Source of the DNA: Vulcanimicrobiaceae bacterium
Lineage (GTDB): Bacteria; Vulcanimicrobiota; Vulcanimicrobiia; Vulcanimicrobiales; Vulcanimicrobiaceae
NCBI GenBank assembly: GCA_046262595.1
Contig: JBHEMM010000033.1
Span: forward strand, 1-12,955
Direction: 5' to 3'
Length of the DNA stretch: 12,955 nucleotides
Every line of letters starts with the position of its first letter. Within the stretch, counting starts at the first letter, position 1. Shown here in pieces: positions 1 to 6,232 of the stretch. Made by a program: the position numbers and the translations under genes. The notes beneath the pieces are model-generated. The model had not been told where the DNA came from, searched no databases, and worked only from the letters and a program-made list of their open reading frames with translations.

Positions 1-504
1 ATCTAAGGGCGAACAGGCGAGCATCACTTCGGCATGCGCGCGTTCTCCGCGCGTTTCGCCCGCCTCGACGAGCGGAACCAGCGCCGGTGCAGCGCTTTCT
101 TTCACCTGAGCGTCCGGCATACGGGCAACGATGTGGCGCGCGTACGTGCCGCTGCGTGCCGTTGCGGCGGTGGCAACGACACCGATATGCTTTGCGCCGC
201 TCTGCTGCACGGCGATGGCGGCGGATTCGATGAGATCCAGCACCGGTACGCGCGCCGCCGGCCATCCGTACTTATCGGCAATAGCGCAGGACGTGTTGCA
301 TGCCGTGACGATGAGGTTCACGCCCTGCGTTTGCAAAAACGCGAGGTTTTGAGCCAGCAGTCCGAGCAGTTCGGGCTCGGCCCGATCGCCGTACGGCACG
401 TGAGCTTGATCGGCGAAATAGACGACGTCGTGCCGCGGCAGCACTTCGCGAAGACGGCGCACGACGCTCAGACCGCCTAAGCCCGAATCAAAGACGCCGA
501 TCAT
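1..504 (-). CDS. murI: Glutamate racemase (partial, runs off left edge)
   Basis: Not in the ORF track; my translation from the ATG at 504 gives MIGVFDSGLGGLSVVRRLREVLPRHDVVYFADQAHVPYGDR...IVTACNTSCA...IGVVATAAT...APALVPLVEAG. These are the MurI motifs FDSGxGG, PYG, ACNT (first catalytic Cys) and LVPLVE. The ATG directly abuts the amidase stop (TAA ATG). Confidence 0.96.
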   Translation of the reverse strand, partial: MIGVFDSGLGGLSVVRRLREVLPRHDVVYFADQAHVPYGDRAEPELLGLLAQNLAFLQTQGVNLIVTACNTSCAIADKYGWPAARVPVLDLIESAAIAVQQSGAKHIGVVATAATARSGTYARHIVARMPDAQVKESAAPALVPLVEAGETRGERAHAEVMLACSPLD

Positions 505-2325
505 TTACTGGCCGGGTGATTGCCCGGCCGCGGGCGGCGGACCCGCATAGTCGCCGATGGCGTCCGCAATCGCTTGCGCGATGCTTTGGCGCCATGCGGG
601 CGTCTGCAGCAGCGCGCGGTCATCGGGATTCGAAACGTAGGCTGTCTCAACCAGTGCGGCGGGCATGTCTGCATGATGAAGCACATACAGCATATCTTTG
701 ACGGTGCCGTCGTCTTTTACGGCCACATGCGCGGCGATGCGGCGGTTAAGCGCCTGCGCCAGCGAGTAATCTTCCGGCTTGTAATAATAGACGGTCGCGC
801 CGTGCGGCCCGGAATTGATGAAGCTGTTCACGTGGATGCTCAGAAAAAGGCGTGCCCCGTTGTTGTTTGCGACGTCGTCGCGTGCTTGCAGTTCGTCGGC
901 CGCCGAGTCGTTGGGCGCGTACACGTCGCGGTCATCCTCGCGCGTCATCATCACTTGCCAGCCGCGGCGCAGCAAGATATCGCGAACGCGCTTCGCCATA
1001 TCGAGCGCGAGCGTTTTTTCCGTCGCGTCACCGCGCGCGGCGCCCGGGTCGCTGCCGCCGTGACCCGGATCGATGACGATGAGCCGCGGATTCGCCGGAA
1101 CGTAGGTTGCGCCCGGCGAGGAACGCGGTGAAAACTTCCATGTGCCCGGTGATACACGCGGTTGTGCGAGCGCGGCAACTGAGGGCGCGGTGCCGGTCAT
1201 ACCGGATCCGGCGCGCGGGGCATCGTCCCGTGCAAGCTGCGAGCCGACCGTAAGCGTCACGCCTTGTTCGTCCCCCGCGACCTGAATCGTTTGATAGGCC
1301 GCAAGCGAAACGGCAATGCGTACGGTGTCGGTATTTTGCTGATGCACGCGCACCGGCGTATCGGTGGGCGGCATTCCGAGGCGCGCGCCGTGCACGTCAA
1401 TCCAGACACGGTTGTCCGGCGGGCGCAGGCGATGCCATTCGAACGGCGCAGCGCCGTCGACGGCGACATGCAGCGTAAAACCGCCGCCCTCGTTTTGCAT
1501 TTGTGCCGCGGTGACGTGAACGATTCCGGCCGCCTGCTGGGAAGGCGATGCCGCAGGCGTTGCGCCCGCGCCGCCGCTGGCGAGTGCGAGCGTAAAATCT
1601 CGGCCGTCATCGGTTGCGGCGACTGCGCGTCCGCCATCGGATGACGTGTAAAGCGTAAGGGTGGTGCGCGGGTGCAGCGCAGAACCGGACGTCACGCTGT
1701 CGATGCGCCGCACCGGGCCGCCATCGACGACGCGCGAAGGCGGCAGCGCGCTGCCCGTTTCTGCAAACGCTACGACGATTTTGCCGTTGCCCTGTGCGAG
1801 GATCGTTCCGTCGAGCGGCAGTGCGCCGCGCGCGATGACCTTTGCGCCGCCGCCGGCGGGCTGCTGCACGTCGAGCGATGTGATTTGCGGCTGCAAAACC
1901 TGCTGCGTGCCTTGCGTCTTTGCCGCAAGGCCCAAGCCGTGCAGCAACTCATCAAGCGGGACGAACGCTTCTCCGTCGAGCAAAAACGGTGCAAAGGGCG
2001 CCGTCTGCGTGACAGGGCCGACGTCATAGCGGCGATCGCCCAGCGCAAAACTGATAACTTCGGGTTGCGCCGTAGTCACAAGAATGTAGCGCTGATCCGG
2101 CTGCCAGGTCACCGTGGCGGCAAGACGTTCCAATAATGCGCGCACGCCGGGATCGTCGATGCCGACCGCACGGCCGCCCTGCTCGTCGACGACCCGTTCG
2201 AACGTAACGGTTTTCCCATCGAACACGTACGAAGCACGCTGCGCGGCAAGCGCAGGACAGGCGGCGAGCGCCACGCTCAAGACGAGCGCTGCTGCTTTAA
2301 AAATCCGAACGGCGTAGCGGCTCAT
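505..2325 (-). CDS. N-acetylmuramoyl-L-alanine amidase (Amidase_3, AmiC-like) with signal peptide, copper-amine-oxidase-N-like stalk and AMIN-like domains
   Basis: C-terminal IVIDPGHGGSDPGA, EKTLAL, LFLSIHVNS and ALVETAYVSN supply the Zn ligands H/E/H and the catalytic E. Hydrophobic N-terminus ends in ALA. APFLLDGEAFVPL is typical of the stalk domain and PPDNRVWIDV of AMIN domains. Start overlaps the GerMN gene by 29 nt, so the exact start is less certain. Confidence 0.93.
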   Translation of the reverse strand: MSRYAVRIFKAAALVLSVALAACPALAAQRASYVFDGKTVTFERVVDEQGGRAVGIDDPGVRALLERLAATVTWQPDQRYILVTTAQPEVISFALGDRRYDVGPVTQTAPFAPFLLDGEAFVPLDELLHGLGLAAKTQGTQQVLQPQITSLDVQQPAGGGAKVIARGALPLDGTILAQGNGKIVVAFAETGSALPPSRVVDGGPVRRIDSVTSGSALHPRTTLTLYTSSDGGRAVAATDDGRDFTLALASGGAGATPAASPSQQAAGIVHVTAAQMQNEGGGFTLHVAVDGAAPFEWHRLRPPDNRVWIDVHGARLGMPPTDTPVRVHQQNTDTVRIAVSLAAYQTIQVAGDEQGVTLTVGSQLARDDAPRAGSGMTGTAPSVAALAQPRVSPGTWKFSPRSSPGATYVPANPRLIVIDPGHGGSDPGAARGDATEKTLALDMAKRVRDILLRRGWQVMMTREDDRDVYAPNDSAADELQARDDVANNNGARLFLSIHVNSFINSGPHGATVYYYKPEDYSLAQALNRRIAAHVAVKDDGTVKDMLYVLHHADMPAALVETAYVSNPDDRALLQTPAWRQSIAQAIADAIGDYAGPPPAAGQSPGQ

Positions 2326-2842
2326 CGAGTTCCAGATGTCCCCCGGGCAATGTTTTGAGTTGCTGGCCTTGCACGCGTACGGCGACGCGATCGATTCCCG
2401 GCAGCGCCGTCAGCGTCCACACAAGCGCTTTGAACTCGCCCGTTTCGGAGGTGACGTCGGCATGTTGATTGTTGATGTCCGCCGAAATATCGACTGTTGC
2501 CGTCGTACCGCTAACGCTTGCGGAGAGCACATGCGTTCCGGCCGGAAAACGAATTGCCGGTTTATCGCTCTCGGGCCCCGCAACCGCTTGCGTTGCCGCA
2601 TACAGCACAGTGTTACGCGCGTGTTCGCTCTCGGACTCGCCGGCAACGCGTGGACGCGTGCTTACGGGCCACGCAACTTCCGTGCGGCCGTCATCCTTCG
2701 TGTAATAGACGGTAATGCCGCCGCTCTGAACGTTCGGCGGCCGCCGCGCCCAGTACCATGACGCTGCGGCGACCGCAACTAAGGCGAGCAGAAGTAAAAA
2801 GACCCGCGAAGTTTTCACGGGCGTTGTTCTTCGAGGCTCCAT
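2297..2842 (-). CDS. GerMN-domain membrane-anchored protein
   Basis: N-terminal TM helix (VFLLLLALVAVAAASWYW), then AVAGP, FPAGTHVLSASVSGTTATVDIS, ALVWTLTALPGIDRVAVRVQG and GHLELDEPL, the typical GerMN pattern. ATG at 2842 has GAGG 9 nt upstream; GTG at about 2818 is an alternative start. Confidence 0.85.
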   Translation of the reverse strand: MEPRRTTPVKTSRVFLLLLALVAVAAASWYWARRPPNVQSGGITVYYTKDDGRTEVAWPVSTRPRVAGESESEHARNTVLYAATQAVAGPESDKPAIRFPAGTHVLSASVSGTTATVDISADINNQHADVTSETGEFKALVWTLTALPGIDRVAVRVQGQQLKTLPGGHLELDEPLRRSDF

Positions 2843-2864
2843 TACGCGAGGCCTCGCGTAATGG
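2839..2864. repeat. Perfect 26-bp palindrome CCATTACGCGAGGCCTCGCGTAATGG
   Basis: Read directly: the sequence equals its own reverse complement. It includes the GerMN start codon (2840-2842) and its putative GAGG RBS. Confidence 0.95.
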
Positions 2865-2881
2865 TGTGGTGCTTGCGTGTG

Positions 2882-3322
2882 TTAGGACGCTCGTTCGCGC
2901 GAAGGTGCCGGATTTGGGCTGTGGGCCCGCCGGGTCACCGGAAGCACGGCGCGGACCACAAAGCCGTCGTCGCGGCGGTATTCGAAGTGGCAAGCAAAGT
3001 GCTTAACGAGATACAGTCCGCGGCCCGACTCCGAGGACGGGTCAGGCAGCGCGAAGGTGGCATTTTCAAGGCCCTTGCCATTTCCGGCGTCTTGAATGCA
3101 GAGCGCGTAGCGGTCACCTGCCGGCTCGAGCCACACGCGTACGCCGCCGCCCGGCGCGTGCTTGATCACGTTAGAGATCAACTCGCCGAACACGATGGTG
3201 GCCGGAAAAAGGTCGGCTTCTTCGCAATGATTGGAGAGATAACGCTCGAGCAGATGCCGCCCTTCGACCGCGTCCCCCGCGGTGTCCGTCTCGAAATACC
3301 AGGGACGCGGCGCTGTGGTCAT
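2882..3322 (-). CDS. Stand-alone RsbW/SpoIIAB-like anti-sigma factor / serine kinase (HATPase_c_2)
   Basis: N-box IVFGELISNVIKHA, G1 box IQDAGNG and G2 box SESGRGLYLV. 146 aa with no other domain. Confidence 0.85.
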   Translation of the reverse strand: MTTAPRPWYFETDTAGDAVEGRHLLERYLSNHCEEADLFPATIVFGELISNVIKHAPGGGVRVWLEPAGDRYALCIQDAGNGKGLENATFALPDPSSESGRGLYLVKHFACHFEYRRDDGFVVRAVLPVTRRAHSPNPAPSRERAS

Positions 3323-3331
3323 ACGGCCTAC

Positions 3332-3363
3332 GTTCCCGTTCCCAAGAGTATTAACCCGAAAAC
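3332..3363 (-). promoter_or_regulatory. Candidate SigB/SigF-type promoter for the RsbW-like gene
   Basis: Minus strand GTTT (3363-3360), 16 nt, GGGAAC (3343-3338), with a tandem second GGGAAC (3337-3332), in an AT-rich gap. Resembles the GTTT-N14-17-GGGWAW consensus. Confidence 0.4.
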
Positions 3364-3380
3364 GTTACACAAAAGACAGT

Positions 3381-4106
3381 TCACGTAAGGATTTTTCGCA
3401 ATTGTATCGCGTCACGCGGTGCAGCGGCCTGCACGTCGTTATTGAAATAGACGAATACGTCGTTCGCTTGCTCGGACAGTGTCCGAATGCGATTTGCCCA
3501 CCGTCTGAGCGCGCGTTTTGGATACGAGCCCGCATATAACGCGGTATACCCGTGCAGGCGCACATACGCGAATTCCGGTGAAGTGACGGCGTCGGCCATG
3601 TCTAGACCGGGATAATCATGGATGCAGAACCCAATATTGCGCTCGCGCAGCAGCGTTTCGATCTCCGGTGAAAACCACGATTGATGACGGAATTCCACGA
3701 CGTACCGGAATTCGGGCGGCAACTTGGCCAGGAAAGCGCGCAGAAATTCGTCATCGCGCTGAAGATACGGCGGAAACTGCACGAGAATCTGTGCGACTTT
3801 TCCCGCGGAGAAACAACGTGCGCGCTGCATATAGTTTGCAATGAACTCGTCCACGCGTGCCGGCAGCGTGCGGCGATGCGTGATGAGCCGGCTCAGTTTG
3901 ACGGTATAAAGGAAGCCCGGCGCCACGGTTTCGCACCACGTTTGAATTTGCGATTCTTTCGGCAGGCGGTACGTCGTCGCGTTGAGTTCGACCGTATCGA
4001 ATTGTTCGCAGTAATAGGCGAGCCAGCCGCGGGGGCCTAGTCCTTTAGGATAGAAGCGGCCGCGCCAATCGGCATACGCCCAGCCGCTGGTCCCGATGCG
4101 AATCAA
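3381..4106 (-). CDS. DUF72 (YecE/YunF-like) family protein
   Basis: IRIGTSGWAY.DWRGRFYP, YYCEQFDTVELNATTY, LITH, LVQFPP, VEFRHQSW, YVRLHG and VYFNND are typical DUF72 motifs. TTG start overlaps the upstream TGA (TTGA, 4103-4106). Confidence 0.93.
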   Translation of the reverse strand: MIRIGTSGWAYADWRGRFYPKGLGPRGWLAYYCEQFDTVELNATTYRLPKESQIQTWCETVAPGFLYTVKLSRLITHRRTLPARVDEFIANYMQRARCFSAGKVAQILVQFPPYLQRDDEFLRAFLAKLPPEFRYVVEFRHQSWFSPEIETLLRERNIGFCIHDYPGLDMADAVTSPEFAYVRLHGYTALYAGSYPKRALRRWANRIRTLSEQANDVFVYFNNDVQAAAPRDAIQLRKILT

Positions 4107-4543
4107 GCGGCGAGCGGTACGAACTCCCGCACGAGCGCCAGCATGCTGACAATTTCTTCGCGGTGACGCGCGGCCAACGCGGCGGTGGACGAATACCCCA
4201 ACGCGCGTGCATTCGTTTCAAGCATAAGCGTCGCGGCTTGCGCCAAGCTGAAGTTGGAGTAGTTATCGCGCATCGCTTTGGCGAGCGCAATCTCGCACGC
4301 CGGCTGCGCGCCATCGTCGATCTCACCCAGCAGCGCTCCGCCGCCCAAACGCTGCAGATGTTCCGCGAGCTCGTCGGCGTGGGCGCTGAGCATGCTTACC
4401 ATGCGCTCGACCAGCCAGCAGCCGCGCTGCGACTGCCGCACGTGCGGGGAACGCAGCTGAGCGCCTGCGGGCCCTAAGAACGCGCGGGTGGTCGCCAGCA
4501 TGTCGAACACGTAGGCGCGAATCTGATGGATGCCGTTGCCCAC
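4103..4543 (-). CDS. Hypothetical helical protein, probable ferritin-like four-helix bundle (DUF892/YciE-F-like, divergent)
   Basis: Helical pattern YVFDMLA...HADELAEHLQRLGG...AKAMRDNYSNFSLA...LAARHREE. I prefer the GTG at 4543 (GAGG 9 nt upstream) over the TTG at 4558 in the ORF track. Stop overlaps the DUF72 start. Fold assignment is by recall, not by search. Confidence 0.6.
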   Translation of the reverse strand: MGNGIHQIRAYVFDMLATTRAFLGPAGAQLRSPHVRQSQRGCWLVERMVSMLSAHADELAEHLQRLGGGALLGEIDDGAQPACEIALAKAMRDNYSNFSLAQAATLMLETNARALGYSSTAALAARHREEIVSMLALVREFVPLAA

Positions 4544-4567
4544 TTTGTTGTACCTCAACCCTAACTA

Positions 4568-4592
4568 TCACCCCGGCGCGGGCTGCGCAAAC
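4568..4592 (-). promoter_or_regulatory. Candidate SigB/SigF-type promoter for the ferritin-like/DUF72 pair
   Basis: Minus strand GTTT (4592-4589), 15 nt, GGGTGA (4573-4568), just upstream of the GAGG RBS at 4556-4553. Confidence 0.4.
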
Positions 4593-4687
4593 GCATCGCA
4601 AGCCGCACCGCTCTAGACTTTCGGCCTAATCGATGGACCGGAACGCGAGGCGGGACCAACCGGCGTTCATACGCAATAAGCGCGCTT

Positions 4688-5476
4688 ATGCTGATCGTCC
4701 TGGCGCTTGCCGCCGCCTTGAATCTTCCGCGGCCCGAACACGTGGTCGTCGTGATTGAAGAGAACCACACGCTGGCGCAAGTCATCGCGAAACCCGGCGC
4801 CGCTATGTACTTACAGCAAGTCGCGCACCAGGGCGCGCTTTTCACCAACGCGCACGGCGTAACGCACCCGAGCTTGCCGAATTACATAGCGCTGTTCGCC
4901 GGGCTTACGAACTCCAACGGCGATGCCTGTCCGCCTCGCGGAATCGATTCCAATGCGCCGAATTTGGCCAGTGAATTAGCGCGCGCGCATTTGAGCTTTG
5001 CCGGCTATTCCGAAGGCCTGCCGGCCGCAGGCTCCACGGTGTGCTGGGCCGGCCCGTACGCGCGCAAACATGCGCCGTGGGTCGACTTCACCAACGTTCC
5101 CGCGCAGGACAATCTGCCGCTCACACTTTTTCCGTCGTTTGACCGCCTGCCGTCGGTGTCGTTCGTGGTGCCGAATGTTGATAACGACATGCACGACGGC
5201 ACGGTGCAGCAAGCCGATGCTTGGGCGCGCGAACATATCGCACCGCTGCTCGCATGGGCGCGCACTCACAGCACGCTCGTCGTATTCACTTGGGACGAGG
5301 GATACGACGAAGCGAATTCCATACCGGTCATTTTTGCGGGCCCGATGGTCCGGCCCGGCACCTACCAGCAGCGCATCGACCACTATACCGTTTTGCACAC
5401 GATCGAAGCGATGTACGGATTACCGCCGACGGGCCGCGCGGCGCAGGCCGGTGTCATTCGTTCGTGCTGGCGGTGA
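4688..5476 (+). CDS. Secreted acid phosphatase, phosphoesterase family (SapM/AcpA-like, alkaline phosphatase superfamily)
   Basis: Signal-like MLIVLALAAA; motifs HVVVVIEENH, THPSLPNY (Ser nucleophile), YARKHAPW, NDMHDG, TWDEG and HYTVLHTIE. Confidence 0.92.
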   Translation: MLIVLALAAALNLPRPEHVVVVIEENHTLAQVIAKPGAAMYLQQVAHQGALFTNAHGVTHPSLPNYIALFAGLTNSNGDACPPRGIDSNAPNLASELARAHLSFAGYSEGLPAAGSTVCWAGPYARKHAPWVDFTNVPAQDNLPLTLFPSFDRLPSVSFVVPNVDNDMHDGTVQQADAWAREHIAPLLAWARTHSTLVVFTWDEGYDEANSIPVIFAGPMVRPGTYQQRIDHYTVLHTIEAMYGLPPTGRAAQAGVIRSCWR

Positions 5477-5485
5477 GCAGCGCGC

Positions 5486-6232
5486 TTAGCGGTTAGCGGC
5501 CACGTCCGATAGCGCTTGGTCGAAGCGCGTTAGCGCCGAATAGCGGTGGATCGCGAGCAGATTGTCCGAGTCGCCCGCGTTGCCCCAGTCTTCCGTGAAT
5601 GCGAGTTCATAGCCGTTCTGGAACGCGAGGCGTTCGGTGCGTTCGTCATAGTTGTCTTCGGGGTACACGAGCGCGTAAATTGTATGGTTCCGGCCAAGAT
5701 GATACTGCAGCGAGCTGCGCGAGAGCTGCAGCTCGTGACGAATGCCGCTGTCCGAAAGTGCGCGCAGATCGGGCGGATGATTGGCCGTCTGGCTTTGAAT
5801 CTCGATCAGGCCGCTGCGCGCCATCCTTTGCAGTTGCGCCCAGGTATTATGGCGTTTTCCGTGCGTCGTGCGGCCGACGTAGTTCGTGTGCACGAACACG
5901 GCGGCGGGATACTGGTAGCGGGCAAGCAGCGGGTAGGCATTCTCGAAAATCCCATGGCCGTCATCATCGAACGTCAAAACAAGCGGGCGAGAGGGGAGCG
6001 GCGCGCCCCGCTCTAAGTGGCGGCGCAGAGCCTCAAGTGTAACGACATGGTAGCCGCCCGTGCGGATGCTTTCAAGTTGGGCTCGAAACGTTTGGGTCGT
6101 GGTGTCGAACCAGAGTTCTTTGGCGGGCACCACATCGTGCCAAACGATCACTGCGACATACGGTTTGTGGCCGCCGGGCGCAACCTGCGGGCAACACGTC
6201 AGCGCAATCAGAGCGAGGAGTTTCTTGACCAT
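5486..6232 (-). CDS. Polysaccharide deacetylase (CE4/NodB domain, PgaB/IcaB-like layout), exported
   Basis: WHDV, GYHVVTL, PLVLTFDDD, AYPLL..YQYPAAVFV, TWAQLQRM, SQTANH and YP follow the CE4 order. Likely start is the ATG at 6232 (MVKKLLALIALTCC, signal-like); the longer ORF to 6454 lies inside the opposite gene. Confidence 0.88.
   Translation of the reverse strand: MVKKLLALIALTCCPQVAPGGHKPYVAVIVWHDVVPAKELWFDTTTQTFRAQLESIRTGGYHVVTLEALRRHLERGAPLPSRPLVLTFDDDGHGIFENAYPLLARYQYPAAVFVHTNYVGRTTHGKRHNTWAQLQRMARSGLIEIQSQTANHPPDLRALSDSGIRHELQLSRSSLQYHLGRNHTIYALVYPEDNYDERTERLAFQNGYELAFTEDWGNAGDSDNLLAIHRYSALTRFDQALSDVAANR

Noticed and set aside
34..480. 148-aa + strand ORF
   Set aside because: It is the antisense shadow of murI and has no recognisable motifs.
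2861..3388. 175-aa + strand ORF starting inside the 26-bp palindrome
   Set aside because: It is antisense to the RsbW-like gene; its ATG is simply the mirror image of the GerMN ATG produced by the palindrome.
4640..4668. GGAAC...CGTT as an ECF-sigma promoter for the phosphatase
   Set aside because: The spacer is 19 nt to CGTT, longer than the usual 16-17.
6060..6224. 55-aa N-terminal extension of the NAGPA ORF
   Set aside because: It is antisense to the deacetylase coding region; a TTG with an SD at 6225 is a better start.
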